Source: Helicobacteraceae bacterium (GTDB taxonomy: Bacteria; Campylobacterota; Campylobacteria; Campylobacterales; Helicobacteraceae). Taken from it: 43,243 nucleotides of DNA. Below are positions 9,484 to 19,942 of the stretch, in pieces. The DNA is taken from positions 1 through 43,243 of the forward strand of contig JBNMHH010000001.1 in the NCBI GenBank assembly GCA_050872665.1, written 5' to 3'. The first letter of the stretch is position 1. Each line of letters opens with the position of its first letter. The notes beneath the pieces were generated by a model. It saw only the letters and a program-made list of their open reading frames with translations. It made no database searches and was not told the origin of the DNA. The position numbers and the translations under genes are program-made.

Positions 9484-10440
9484 TTACTTTTTCAGCGTTA
9501 GCTCATCAATCGCAGCTAGGGCGTTTAAAGAGCGCGGATAGCCGATATAAGGCACAAGCGCGGTGATGACTTCGATGAGAAAGCCCCTGCTATGCCCGAT
9601 ATTAAGATTGCCTTGAATGTGTGCTTTGACTTGCGCATCCGCCCCGCCAAGTGAGGCTAAAATCACAAATGTAAGCAATTCCCTAAAATTTAGCTCCAGC
9701 CCACCGCGCGTGTAGTAATCCCCAAAGCAATTTGCGCTTAAAAATCTGCGGATATGCTTTTCATCTTCAGGCGCACTAGCGTTGCCTTTATCAATACCAG
9801 AGCCAAAAAATTTCCTTTGCACTTCTAGTCCCTTTTCGGCTCGATTTTCACGCGTAGTCGTGCCTTGAGGCTTTAAGGGGAGTTTTACACCTTGTGCTTT
9901 AAAGACTTCGTTAGCCAAAAGCAAAAAGTCCATACTCTTGCCAATGCCGATATATGGCGTGGTTTGATAGATTATCTCTTTGATTTCGGTGGGATTTACG
10001 CCATTTTTTAGTGCGGCACTAAGCATTGTGCGAAACTCTGCCTTGCCCTGCACCGCGATAAGCGCGGCTAAGATTAGCTTTAGCCGTGTTTGCAAGTTTA
10101 TACTTTTGCTTTCTGCAAAGACTTCATCAAACGCGAAATTCGCGTAATTTTCTATAAACTCGGGGTCGGTTTTTGCAATGCCTCCGCTAGTGTTTCCAAA
10201 AAGTTTGCTGTGATTTTGCTTTGCATTTTGTGTTAGATTCATAGTTGCTCCTTTAGTTTGATTTGCGCTTAGTGGTAGCGCGGTGGCTAACGCCGTGATT
10301 CCAGCGAGTTTCGCCGAATCCGCCAAAAAATCTCGCCGTTTTTTATCGTGTGCGAAATCTTGCAAATCGCTCAAATTTTGTGCGAAATCCTGCGAATCAC
10401 TTCGCAAATCCCGCAATTCGCCTCTTATCTCTTTTTTCAT
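9484..10440 (-). CDS. Carboxymuconolactone decarboxylase (CMD/AhpD-like) family protein, two domains, with Tat-like leader
   Basis: Two CMD repeats (EIIYQTTPYIG; EVITALVPYIGYPRSLNAL); KKRRDFL followed by a hydrophobic stretch. Confidence 0.88.
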   Translation of the reverse strand: MKKEIRGELRDLRSDSQDFAQNLSDLQDFAHDKKRRDFLADSAKLAGITALATALPLSANQTKGATMNLTQNAKQNHSKLFGNTSGGIAKTDPEFIENYANFAFDEVFAESKSINLQTRLKLILAALIAVQGKAEFRTMLSAALKNGVNPTEIKEIIYQTTPYIGIGKSMDFLLLANEVFKAQGVKLPLKPQGTTTRENRAEKGLEVQRKFFGSGIDKGNASAPEDEKHIRRFLSANCFGDYYTRGGLELNFRELLTFVILASLGGADAQVKAHIQGNLNIGHSRGFLIEVITALVPYIGYPRSLNALAAIDELTLKK

Positions 10441-10449
10441 TTTTACTCC

Positions 10450-11475
10450 TTATTTTAGATTCGCTTCAAAAAAGCTAGTTAGCTTATCTTTAACCAAATC
10501 CGCCTTATCATACAAATCCACATGCCCAGCACCTTTTACCCAAAATAGCTCCTTTGGCTCACTTGCTTTTTTGTAAGCGTCCTCGCTAAATTCCTTTGAG
10601 TGCGCCTTATCGCCACTGATAAACAGCAACGGGCGCGGGGCGATTAGCTCCAAGTCATTAAATGGATAAAAATTCGCAAATTTGCTTATAGAGCTTAAAG
10701 TAGGGTGCGTTGTGCTCATTTTAGTCGCACCTTTGGGCGTAAATTCGCCACGATTCGTGCGATAGTATGAGTAAAATTCGCGTTGAATCTCATCGGTATC
10801 ATTAGTGATTTCGTGTGTTGTCCCGCCTGTGAGTTCTCTTTTTGCGCCCTCAAACTCGGCAAATCGCTTTGAAGCAGACTCAGCAATCATCGCTTTTCTT
10901 TGCTCCAAACTTATGCTTTTATTTAAGCCGTTGCGATAAGCCTGTCCCATATCATACATACTTATGGTGGCGATTGCCTTAATGCGTGGGTCGATTTTCG
11001 CCGCAGCTATGGCAAAACTCCCACTGCCACAAACGCCGATAATGCCAATTCGCTCTTTATCGACAAATTTGCGAGTGCCTAAATAATCCACCGCCGCGCT
11101 AAAATCCTCCACATACATATCGGGCAAAACGCTATTTTTGGGCGTCCCATCACTTGCTCCCCAAAAGGACAAATCAATCGCCAAAGCCACGAATCCAGCC
11201 TCCGCCATTTTAAAAGCGTATAAACTCGCGCTTTGCTCTTTCACCGCGCCCATAGGGTGTCCTACGATGATAGCGGGGTGAGATTTGCTTTTGTCAAGGT
11301 TTTTAGGCATAAAAAGATTGCCCGCCACTTTCATATCGTATTGATTTTTAAAGCTGACTTTTTGAAGTGTGATTTTATCACTCTTTGGAAAAAGTCGCCC
11401 CTCGCCCGTGTCGCTAAAAGCCAAAGTTGCCGTAACTACCGCTACAAAACATAATCTAAATACGCATTGAAACAT
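10450..11475 (-). CDS. Alpha/beta hydrolase with Sec-type signal peptide
   Basis: HPMGAVKEQ, GVCGSG nucleophile elbow, GAGHVDLYD; AAGGAG before ATG 11475. Confidence 0.88.
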   Translation of the reverse strand: MFQCVFRLCFVAVVTATLAFSDTGEGRLFPKSDKITLQKVSFKNQYDMKVAGNLFMPKNLDKSKSHPAIIVGHPMGAVKEQSASLYAFKMAEAGFVALAIDLSFWGASDGTPKNSVLPDMYVEDFSAAVDYLGTRKFVDKERIGIIGVCGSGSFAIAAAKIDPRIKAIATISMYDMGQAYRNGLNKSISLEQRKAMIAESASKRFAEFEGAKRELTGGTTHEITNDTDEIQREFYSYYRTNRGEFTPKGATKMSTTHPTLSSISKFANFYPFNDLELIAPRPLLFISGDKAHSKEFSEDAYKKASEPKELFWVKGAGHVDLYDKADLVKDKLTSFFEANLK

Positions 11476-11503
11476 TGCCTCTCCTTTGAATCTAAAATAA
11501 ATC

Positions 11504-12589
11504 CTAGCGTTTATCAAACGCGCTTTGCGCAGGGTCGGCGAAATCCACAGCAGCCCCAGCGTAGCTACGAGTTGCTTTCATATCACTTTGCACGGCAGCG
11601 ATTTTGCCCTCAGCACTACTAAACGCCGAATCGCCCATAAAAAGATATAGCGGAGGCGTTTGCATACGCGAAATATCATAGATTACCTTGCCGAATTTTT
11701 CAGGGTCGCCGGGCTGTTTGCCACTATATGCGCCCCAAGTTGCGATATATTCCTCACGTTTTTTCGCGTAAGGGGCGAGTTTGAGTTCGCCTACATTCAT
11801 ACTTTTGCCTAAAAATTCCGTGCGAAAGCCTGTGGGCATTACATTTACCACCGCTATGCCAAAGTCTGCTAAATCTAACTTCAAGCCCTCGCTAAACGCC
11901 GATAGGGCGAATTTACTCATACAATAGGGCGTTGAGAAAACAGAGGTGCGAAAACCGCCTATGGAGCTGATATTGTAGATTCGCGCTTTTATGTTTGTCG
12001 CGCTTCCGCCATCGCTAACAGCCTGTGGGCGCATAATTTTTAGCGCGTTTTGTGCCACTAAAAAGGGCGCGAAAACATTGACTTCAAACTGCTCCCTTAA
12101 CTGCTTTTCGCTCACTTCCTCTACAAAGCCCAAAAGCCCGTATCCTGCGTTATTTACGACATTGTCGATTCGCCCAAATTTGCTCTTAACCTCAGCGATA
12201 TTTTGCGCGACTTGCTTGTCGATATTTTTATCAAAAGTTAGCACTAATGGCAAGAAATTTTCGCTTTTTGCCAAATCGCCAAATTTCGCCTCCAAATTGC
12301 CTTTTTTGCGCGAGGTAACCGCGACTTTATCGCCTTTTTCTAGCAAGTATTTCGCTAGGGCAAAGCCCAGCCCACCACTCGCACCTGTGATATACCATAC
12401 TTGTTGTGAATTCATTGAATCTTCTTTGTTTTGTGGATTTTTTTGACTTTTTTGTGTCGTGTCTTTTGAATCTTTTGCCACTAATGGCGAGATTCCCGCC
12501 ACTGCACTTGCTAACGCCGTGATTCCAGCGAGTTTCGCCGAATCTGTTAGAAATTCTCTCCGTTTTGAATTGCGAATATCTTTTTTCAT
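11504..12589 (-). CDS. Short-chain dehydrogenase/reductase with Tat-like leader
   Basis: TGASGGLG, NNAG, YCMSK; SKRREFL leader. Confidence 0.92.
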   Translation of the reverse strand: MKKDIRNSKRREFLTDSAKLAGITALASAVAGISPLVAKDSKDTTQKSQKNPQNKEDSMNSQQVWYITGASGGLGFALAKYLLEKGDKVAVTSRKKGNLEAKFGDLAKSENFLPLVLTFDKNIDKQVAQNIAEVKSKFGRIDNVVNNAGYGLLGFVEEVSEKQLREQFEVNVFAPFLVAQNALKIMRPQAVSDGGSATNIKARIYNISSIGGFRTSVFSTPYCMSKFALSAFSEGLKLDLADFGIAVVNVMPTGFRTEFLGKSMNVGELKLAPYAKKREEYIATWGAYSGKQPGDPEKFGKVIYDISRMQTPPLYLFMGDSAFSSAEGKIAAVQSDMKATRSYAGAAVDFADPAQSAFDKR

Positions 12590-12622
12590 TTTTTACTCCT
12601 TTGAATCTAAAATAAAAATAAA

Positions 12623-12653
12623 ATTATAAAAGATGATAGCTACTATCTGTCAA
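12623..12653 (-). promoter_or_regulatory. MerR-type promoter/operator copy 2 (SDR-hydrolase-CMD unit)
   Basis: Same 31-mer as copy 1. Confidence 0.85.
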
Positions 12654-12702
12654 GGGCGAATCGCAAAATTTTGCAAAAATATGCAAAATTTATGCTTAGC
12701 CA

Positions 12703-13203
12703 CTACGCCAGATTCAAGCTATCAAGCCATTTTTTGATACTTGCTTTGCTTGTGCCAAAGTTAAATTTATGCCCACCTTTGACTTGCGCGTTTGGGGCGA
12801 GTTTTTGCATATCACGCGGTGCTGGGTCTATGCCACTGCCCCCGCTCGTGCAAAATGGCACGATAACCTTGCCACTAAAATCCGCGCTTTCTAAAAAGCT
12901 GAAAATAATGTGCGGGGCGTTATACCACCACACGGGGAATCCTATGATTACCACGCTAAAAGGCGATATATCGATAGTTTGGGCAATTTCTGGGCGCGAG
13001 TTTTTGTCCTTGCACTCGATTGTGGTGCGACTTTGCTCATTTGTCCAGTCCAAATCCGCCTTGCTGTAAGGCACTTTGGGCGCGATTTCAAAAAGCTCTG
13101 CTTTGCCATTTTCGCCCACAAATTCCCCCGCTACTTTTGCGATAGTCTGCGCCACTTCTTTGGTGATTCCACTTGCGCTAAAATACGCGACTAAAATTTT
13201 CAT
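12703..13203 (-). CDS. Flavodoxin
   Basis: [11 protein letters not shown] loop, [15 protein letters not shown]. Confidence 0.9.
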   Translation of the reverse strand: MKILVAYFSASGITKEVAQTIAKVAGEFVGENGKAELFEIAPKVPYSKADLDWTNEQSRTTIECKDKNSRPEIAQTIDISPFSVVIIGFPVWWYNAPHIIFSFLESADFSGKVIVPFCTSGGSGIDPAPRDMQKLAPNAQVKGGHKFNFGTSKASIKKWLDSLNLA

Positions 13204-13790
13204 TTTATCTCCTTTGGTTTTTGATAGTTTTCAAGTGTTTTTATGACTTTTGCGGGGTTTCCGCCTACGATGACATTTGGTGGGACGCTTTTGGTTACGA
13301 CCGCACCTGCGGCGATTATGGAGTTTTCGCCTATTTCCACGCCCGGGCAGATTGTCGCGCCGATACCTATCCACACTCTATCGCCGATTTTCACACCCTT
13401 GCAAAATGTCGCTTGGCGGTTGTAGGGGTTAAAATCGTGGTTTATCGTGGTGATTCGCACATTTGGTCCCACCCATACATTATCGCCTATTTCGATTCCG
13501 CCCCTATCCATAAAGGTGCAGTTTTGTTGCAATAAAAAACCCTTGCCCACGCTTATATTTTTGCCAAAATCCACAAAAAATGGTGGCATTATCCAGCAGT
13601 CATCATTCACTTCTTGTCCGATGATTTGGCTAAAAATCTCACGCAGCTTCTCGCTATTTGGCGGGAGTTTGTTTAGCTCGTAGCACAGGTTTTGTGTCTG
13701 CTGGATAACGCCCAAAATCTTGCTAAATTCAGGCTCATTCATATCCACCATTTCCCCGCTTTTGTCTCGCTCAAATATGTCTTTACTCAT
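13200..13790 (-). CDS. Sugar O-acetyltransferase (hexapeptide repeat)
   Basis: [11 protein letters not shown], hexapeptide repeats, [18 protein letters not shown]. Confidence 0.9.
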   Translation of the reverse strand: MSKDIFERDKSGEMVDMNEPEFSKILGVIQQTQNLCYELNKLPPNSEKLREIFSQIIGQEVNDDCWIMPPFFVDFGKNISVGKGFLLQQNCTFMDRGGIEIGDNVWVGPNVRITTINHDFNPYNRQATFCKGVKIGDRVWIGIGATICPGVEIGENSIIAAGAVVTKSVPPNVIVGGNPAKVIKTLENYQKPKEIK

Positions 13791-13811
13791 TTTTTACTCC
13801 TTTTTGTAAAT

Positions 13812-14507
13812 TTAATTTTCAACGATGATTTTGATTAGCTCGTTGATATGCACCTCTACGACATCGATAAATGGTGCGCTTAATTTTGTGCCACTAAAAA
13901 GCAGTGGCAACTCCGTGCAGCCCAAAATAATAGCTTGGGCTTTGTCCTCGCTTATAAGGCGATTTGCGATTTGGATAAATCGCTCCTTTGTCTCATCGAG
14001 TATATGTCCGTGCTCGATTTCGCTTTTGATTTTACCACCGATAAATGCTTTTTCCTCATCATTTGGTAGCACCACTTCTATGCCCTCGCGCGTAAAAGGC
14101 TTTTGAAAAAATGTGCCACTCATCGTAGGCGTAGTGGCTAAAAGCGCGACTTTTTTCACGCCCTGCTTTTTGGCAAAGGCACACGCCATATCGATGATAC
14201 TCACAAGTGGCAGGGGCGAACTCTTTGCCACCTCATCAAAGACGATATGCGGGGTAATGCCCGTAAATGTCGCGCACTCACACCCACAGGCTTTAAGATT
14301 TTCTATGCCTTTAAGCAAGTATTGCGTAAGCCCCTCATAGTCCTTGTTTTCGCAGAATTTCAGCACTTCAAACACGCTCAAACTCTCAATGCTTAGATTT
14401 GGAAAAAAGTCCTTGCCAAGCCTATCTTTGACGCCATAAGTGAGGTGGCGATAATACATTATCGTAGATTCGGGTCCTGTGCCACCGATTAAACCTAGTT
14501 TTTTCAC
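13812..14507 (-). CDS. Aspartate/glutamate racemase family protein
   Basis: LGLIGGTGPESTIMYY and ILGCTELP; GTG start after AGGAGG. Confidence 0.88.
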   Translation of the reverse strand: MKKLGLIGGTGPESTIMYYRHLTYGVKDRLGKDFFPNLSIESLSVFEVLKFCENKDYEGLTQYLLKGIENLKACGCECATFTGITPHIVFDEVAKSSPLPLVSIIDMACAFAKKQGVKKVALLATTPTMSGTFFQKPFTREGIEVVLPNDEEKAFIGGKIKSEIEHGHILDETKERFIQIANRLISEDKAQAIILGCTELPLLFSGTKLSAPFIDVVEVHINELIKIIVEN

Positions 14508-14563
14508 TTATCCTCCTTTTAAATTTAAATTTTCACAATTTTCACACGCGCCAAACGCCCCGC

Positions 14564-15739
14564 TTAGCGCACTTGGGATTGCTCTTTTTGATTATATCGC
14601 TCGCCTATGATTTTTATGGCTGAGACTTGCTTTTCAATCGCGCTTACTTCGCTTGGCGTGAGGCTTATTTGCGTAGCGCGGAGATTTTCCTCCAAATGCG
14701 CGAGCTTGCTTGTGCCTGTGATTGGCACGATAAAGGGTTTTTTGTGTAGCAACCAGCTTTGTGCGATTTGTGCGGCAGTGTAGCCCTTTGGCTGCCCAAA
14801 GGCATTGAGCACCTCGACAATTTGCAGATTCGCGCGAATCGCGTCCTTTTGAAATCGTGGCAAATCTATGCGGTTGTCATTTTTGGCGTCAAAGCGTGTC
14901 CATTCACTAATCGCACCGCTTAAAAATCCGCGATTGATAGGCGAATACGGCACAAATCCTATGCCTAGCTCCTCGCATAGTGGCAAAATCTCGCTCTCTA
15001 CGGCTCGGTGCATTAAGTGATATTCGCTCTGAATCGCCGTGATTGGCACGATAGCGTGCATTTGCCTGATAATATCCGCGCTCACTTCGCAAAGCCCAAA
15101 GCGTTGCACTTTGCCTTCTTTCATCAGCTCTTTTATCGTTTCGCCCACCACTTCTATGGGTGTTTGTGCGTCAAATCTATGCTGATAAAGTAGCGGAATG
15201 CTATCAATTTGCAGTCGTTTTAGGCTACCCTCAACGGCTCGGCGGATATTTTGGGGCGAACTATTTGGCAAGCCTGCGACTATCTTGCCATTTTCAAAGG
15301 CAAAGCCAAACTTGGTGCTAACAAAGATTTTATCCGTGTAGCCCTTTATCGCCTCGCCCACAAGGGTTTCGTTTGTGAGCGGTCCATACACTTCTGCCGT
15401 GTCAAAAAGCGTGATTCCGCGCTCAATCGCCTCGTGGATAAGCGCAATCGCCGCCTTTTTCTCCAATCTCACGCTACGATGATGATTTAACCCCATACAG
15501 CCAAAGCCAAGATTTGAGACACGCATAGCATTATCTCCACTGCCTAGCGTGCGATAGTCTGTGATTTGCGCGATTTGGCTAAGTTTGAGATTTTTGCCCT
15601 CTTTTTTAGGGACGAGGCTTTTATAGATTGTTGCGCCAAAAGCGACATTTGCCATAAGCCCTAAAATTCCCATTGAGGCAAGTGCTTTCGCACCACTGCC
15701 GATAAATTCGCGCCGTTTTTGATTGTCTAAATTTTGCAT
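14564..15739 (-). CDS. Aldo/keto reductase with Tat-like leader
   Basis: GFGCMG, FDTAEVYG, STKFG, YQHR, PYSP; QKRREFI leader. Confidence 0.92.
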   Translation of the reverse strand: MQNLDNQKRREFIGSGAKALASMGILGLMANVAFGATIYKSLVPKKEGKNLKLSQIAQITDYRTLGSGDNAMRVSNLGFGCMGLNHHRSVRLEKKAAIALIHEAIERGITLFDTAEVYGPLTNETLVGEAIKGYTDKIFVSTKFGFAFENGKIVAGLPNSSPQNIRRAVEGSLKRLQIDSIPLLYQHRFDAQTPIEVVGETIKELMKEGKVQRFGLCEVSADIIRQMHAIVPITAIQSEYHLMHRAVESEILPLCEELGIGFVPYSPINRGFLSGAISEWTRFDAKNDNRIDLPRFQKDAIRANLQIVEVLNAFGQPKGYTAAQIAQSWLLHKKPFIVPITGTSKLAHLEENLRATQISLTPSEVSAIEKQVSAIKIIGERYNQKEQSQVR

Positions 15740-15759
15740 TTTTGCTCCTTTGAATTTTT

Positions 15760-16488
15760 TTATTTGGCAGGTTTATTTATGCCAAAACTTTCTTTTATGC
15801 CAAAATTTGGCTCTAAACATAGCCGAATCACAAGGTGTGCTATGGATTTGCGCGAAATTTGTGCGTCTGGGTTTTTAAACGCCTCATTTTTTCGCGTAAG
15901 CTCATAGTCGATTTCATCAGCGTGTGAAAACCACTGCGGACGGATTATCGTGTAATCCAACCCACTTGATTCAACCACCTGCACGGATTTTGCATAAGGC
16001 ATAAGCATAGAGCTGATTGAGCCGTCATTTACCTCGCCATACACGCCATAACTGCTTATCCAAATAAGCCGTTTTAGCCCCGCCTCTTTCATCGCCTCGA
16101 TAATGCTCTGCGCCATTTTTGGCAAGTCGCTTCCTGCAAGATTCGCATACACGACATTTACGCCACTCATCGCCTTTACAAGTGCGGTTTTATCAAGCGC
16201 ATTGCCCTCGATGAGTTGCACGCGGTTTGGATACTCTTTTTGCACCTTTGCCAAACGGCTTGAATCGCGCAAATACAGCTTTACATTTGCCTTTGTGCCT
16301 TGTAAAAGCCCTTGTGTAGCGACTTTTGCCACGCTACCATTTGCACCGATGATTAAAATCTGCATTGTTTGCTCCTTATTTTTGATATTAGCAAAATCTT
16401 TGCTTTGCCAATTTAGCGCGTTTGCATTCGCACACAAACCCACTATACACGCCAAAAACGCCTTTATAAAAAACCTTAATTTTTGCAT
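15760..16488 (-). CDS. NAD(P)H-binding (atypical SDR) protein with signal peptide, paralogue 1
   Basis: IIGANGSVA, SGLDYTIIRP; Sec-type leader ending ANA. Confidence 0.85.
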   Translation of the reverse strand: MQKLRFFIKAFLACIVGLCANANALNWQSKDFANIKNKEQTMQILIIGANGSVAKVATQGLLQGTKANVKLYLRDSSRLAKVQKEYPNRVQLIEGNALDKTALVKAMSGVNVVYANLAGSDLPKMAQSIIEAMKEAGLKRLIWISSYGVYGEVNDGSISSMLMPYAKSVQVVESSGLDYTIIRPQWFSHADEIDYELTRKNEAFKNPDAQISRKSIAHLVIRLCLEPNFGIKESFGINKPAK

Positions 16489-16526
16489 TTTCTACTCCTT
16501 TGCCTTTTTAATTTCACACTTCGTTT

Positions 16527-17589
16527 CTAATCCAATTTTTTATCACTCAAAAATTGTAAAACCAAATCCGCAATTTGCTTGTTATTTAAATCAGACATTG
16601 GGAAATGCGTATTGCCCTTTATCCCAATCTCTGGCAAATGCACAAGAGTCGCATCGCCACCATTTTCGTTAATGAGTTTTACCCATTCTTTTGCAAGATT
16701 CAGCCTTATGCGCCACGCATAATTATTTGGATAGTCTTTTGATTCCTCCATATTTTGCGGGATAAAGTCTGCATAATAAATAATAATGGGAAATTTAGTA
16801 AATCTTAAAAACTCATCTTTTTGTATCTCAATGCCTTCCGTAGTGCCTAAACGAGTGAGAATCCGCCCTTCTTTTGGTAAATATCCTTTGGGAAATGGGA
16901 GTTCGCCACCGGGCTCAAAACTCACAATCGCTTTGATATGTTGCGTTTTCAAAGCTGTTTTCCACCCCACAGCTCCGCCTTGCGAATGTGTAATAAAAAT
17001 CGCTCCACCATTTTCTTGTCCTAGCTTGTCAAAAAGCGTTGCATAGGCACTTGCATAAAGCTCCAAATCCTCGCTTTTGGCAATAGTCGGCACGATTTGG
17101 CGAAAAAATTGATTTAGCGTTTGCTCATCTTGCTTAAACTGCACTCCCTCAAAGAAATTTGGATAAATGCCTAGCCGAAAAACCATAAAATAAAGTTCAT
17201 CGGTAAAATCTGGCTCTAAATGCACACTTTGGGTGCTTTTACCTGCACTTGCACGGCGTGGCTGGTCGCATAAATAAGTGCTAAAACCACTTTTTACAAA
17301 GATATTAGCAAAGCCATCTCTGCCATCAGGTGTGCTTTCCCAAGTCTTTTTGGACTGCGTTACGCCGTGAGCAAATACAAGCGGATATTTTCGCGCATTC
17401 GCTGGGATTTGATAATTTGCTATGCCGTGGTCTGCGCGGTATTTTTTGCCGTCTTTTTCTATGGTAGCACCACCAAAAGCAAATGAACCCTGCGTTTGCA
17501 AAATGATATAGTCGCTTTGCGCTTTTTTATCATCGCCACACGCGACAAAAAAATAAGCACAAAATTCCAAGCAATATAATTTTTTTCAT
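16527..17589 (-). pseudogene. Alpha/beta hydrolase lipoprotein, frameshifted in its signal sequence (or assembly indel)
   Basis: AAGGAG then ATG 17589 reads MKKIILLGILCLFF and leaves frame at a T7 run (17547-17553); T6 would give FVAC-GDDKK in frame with WESTPDGRDG, THSQGG, GNTHFPM. Confidence 0.75.
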
Positions 17590-17591
17590 TT

Positions 17592-18743
17592 CTACTCCTT
17601 TGCTTTTTTAAAATTTTGATTTTTCCATTTGTTGCCAAAGCTATTTTGCTGCGTTTCCTCTATGCCTCTATGCCCGTGAATGCTGATTTTATCAAGCTCA
17701 TTTTCAAGACTTTTAAATTCAGCATCGCTCAAAGCCACGCTCCACGCGCCCAAATTTTCCAAAATCCGCTCTTTGTTTTTTGAGCCCGGAATCGGCACAC
17801 AATTTGGATATTTATGCAACATCCACGCAAGGCTTATTTGCGCTGGGGTGGCGTTTTTGTCCTTTGCATACGCACGAATCAGCTCTAATAAGGGCTGATT
17901 TGCGTTGATATTGTCCTTGCTTAACTGCGGGACAAATTTACGCACATCATCGCCCTCAAACTTCGTGCTTGTCGTAACCTTGCCTGATAAAAAGCCACTT
18001 GCGAGTGGCGAAAACGGCACGACAGCGATATTATTTTGCAGGCAGTAAGGAAAAACCTCTTTTTCGCACTCTCTCTCCATCATCGAGTAGAGATTTTGCA
18101 CCGCGCTTAAAGGCGTGATTTTATGTGCCGTGTCGATATATTTCACACCCACTTGCGATAGCCCCCAGCCACGAATCAATCCCTCTTTGATAAGTCGCCC
18201 CATAACCTGCGCTACGGATTCTAAGGCTATGGTTTCGTTGATTCGATGCCAATAATACAAATCCACATAATCCGTGCGTAGTCGCTTCATCGACTGCGCC
18301 AAATGCGCCTTTATCGTGTCATACAAAGGCTTTTTGCCCTCATCATCGCTTAAATGAAACTTCGTAGCGATGAGAGCGTTTTTACGAATGCTTTGCAAAG
18401 CCTCGCCTACTAGCTCCTCATTATGCCCTGCGTAAAACATTTCCTTGCCATAGCCCTCTGCGGTGTCAAAGAAATTGCACCCAAAATCAAAGGCTGAACG
18501 AATCGCTTCTAAGGCGTATTTTTTAGGTGGCGTTTTGCCATAGCCGTGCGAAAAGCCCATACAGCCAAGCCCCACAGGGCTAACCTCTAAAACGCCGACT
18601 TTGCGTTTTTGTGCGCTTTGCATTGTCGCCTTTGAATCTGCCATTAAAGGCGAGATTCCCGCCATACTTGCCATTACTGCTACACCAGCGAATCTCGCCG
18701 AATCGGCGATAAATTCGCGCCGTTTTGAATCTAAACTTTGCAT
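17592..18743 (-). CDS. Aldo/keto reductase with Tat-like leader
   Basis: GLGCMG, FDTAEGYG, ATKF, YWHR, PIPGS; SKRREFI leader. Confidence 0.92.
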   Translation of the reverse strand: MQSLDSKRREFIADSARFAGVAVMASMAGISPLMADSKATMQSAQKRKVGVLEVSPVGLGCMGFSHGYGKTPPKKYALEAIRSAFDFGCNFFDTAEGYGKEMFYAGHNEELVGEALQSIRKNALIATKFHLSDDEGKKPLYDTIKAHLAQSMKRLRTDYVDLYYWHRINETIALESVAQVMGRLIKEGLIRGWGLSQVGVKYIDTAHKITPLSAVQNLYSMMERECEKEVFPYCLQNNIAVVPFSPLASGFLSGKVTTSTKFEGDDVRKFVPQLSKDNINANQPLLELIRAYAKDKNATPAQISLAWMLHKYPNCVPIPGSKNKERILENLGAWSVALSDAEFKSLENELDKISIHGHRGIEETQQNSFGNKWKNQNFKKAKE

Positions 18744-18758
18744 TTTACCTCCTTTATT

Positions 18759-19316
18759 TTAGCCTATCGTTGCCTCAACCACGATTTCTACGCGCATTCG
18801 TGGGTCGCCAAGCCCTGCCACTTGGATATTTGTCCAAATGGGTGGATTTTCACACGCGCTTTTAAAATGCTTGACTAGCACTTGCTGATTGTCCTCTGTG
18901 AGTTTATCCACAAAATACGAGGTTACGCTATACACGCGCTTCCAGCTACTTCCAGCGGTTTCTAGCACGAAAGCCACATTATCTAGGGCTTGTCTCACTT
19001 CATCTTCTAGCTTTTTGTGTGGGAAATTAAAGTCTCTATCCCAGCCACCTTGCCCAGAGATTTTGATGACATTGCCCACACGCACCGCCGCTGTGTAGCC
19101 CCATTTGCTGTGCATTTCTCCTATCGCTCCGCTTACATTGATATGTTTTACGCTTGACATTTTTGCTCCTTTGTTTTTTGAAATTTTACTTGAATCTTTA
19201 CTTGAATCTTTTGCGAGTAGTGGCGAGATTCCCGCCCCTACTGCGACACTTGCTAATGCGAGTTTGGTTGAATTTTTTACAAACTCGCGCCGTTTTTTGT
19301 TATTTACATTTTTCAT
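18759..19316 (-). CDS. RidA/YjgF family protein with Tat-like leader
   Basis: ISGQGG, QALDNV..VLETAG, MRVEIVVEA; KKRREFV leader. Confidence 0.85.
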   Translation of the reverse strand: MKNVNNKKRREFVKNSTKLALASVAVGAGISPLLAKDSSKDSSKISKNKGAKMSSVKHINVSGAIGEMHSKWGYTAAVRVGNVIKISGQGGWDRDFNFPHKKLEDEVRQALDNVAFVLETAGSSWKRVYSVTSYFVDKLTEDNQQVLVKHFKSACENPPIWTNIQVAGLGDPRMRVEIVVEATIG

Positions 19317-19331
19317 TTTGAACTCCTTTGT

Positions 19332-19913
19332 TTAATTTTCAAGCCTTTGGATAAAAGCCTTTTTGTAACTCTCTATTTTATTATAACTCGCGCCCTCAAA
19401 AACAAGCGGTGGCAGATACTCCATACCACAATGCAAAGCACTTGCTTTCATCGGCAAAAACACCTCGCTTAGCTCCACGCCTATGCGCCCATTTTTGCCA
19501 TAAGTGCTACGCCCACCCGCTGCGGTAGAAACCACAAGCATTTGTTTGCCCTGCCAAAGCCCCGGTCCCACACTGCCCCAAGTCTCGTTGAGATAGGCTT
19601 TCATCATCGGCGTGATATTAAACCAATGCGTGGGGAACAAAAAGACGATTCGCTCATATTTGCGCGTGATTTCGCGCTCTTTTGCGCCATCAATCGCGCG
19701 AGTATCATAGCCATAAATGCTCTCCAAATTCCGCACTTCTACGCCTTTGACACTTCTAGCTGCTTGTTCTAGTGCCTTGATAAAAGTCGAGCTTTGTGGA
19801 TATGGGTGCGAGGCAATGACGAGGGTTTTTACCTTTGGTTGCGCAAGGGCGAGATTCGCACTCACGCATAGCGCAAATATGCCTAAAATAAGGCTTTTTA
19901 TGATTTTTTGCAT
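19332..19913 (-). CDS. NAD(P)H-dependent oxidoreductase (flavodoxin-like fold, KefF-like) with signal peptide
   Basis: SHP, FPTHWFNITPMMKAY, STAAGG; ALA signal peptidase site. Confidence 0.85.
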   Translation of the reverse strand: MQKIIKSLILGIFALCVSANLALAQPKVKTLVIASHPYPQSSTFIKALEQAARSVKGVEVRNLESIYGYDTRAIDGAKEREITRKYERIVFLFPTHWFNITPMMKAYLNETWGSVGPGLWQGKQMLVVSTAAGGRSTYGKNGRIGVELSEVFLPMKASALHCGMEYLPPLVFEGASYNKIESYKKAFIQRLEN

Positions 19914-19942
19914 TTTTTTACTCCTTAATATTTAGATTCGCA

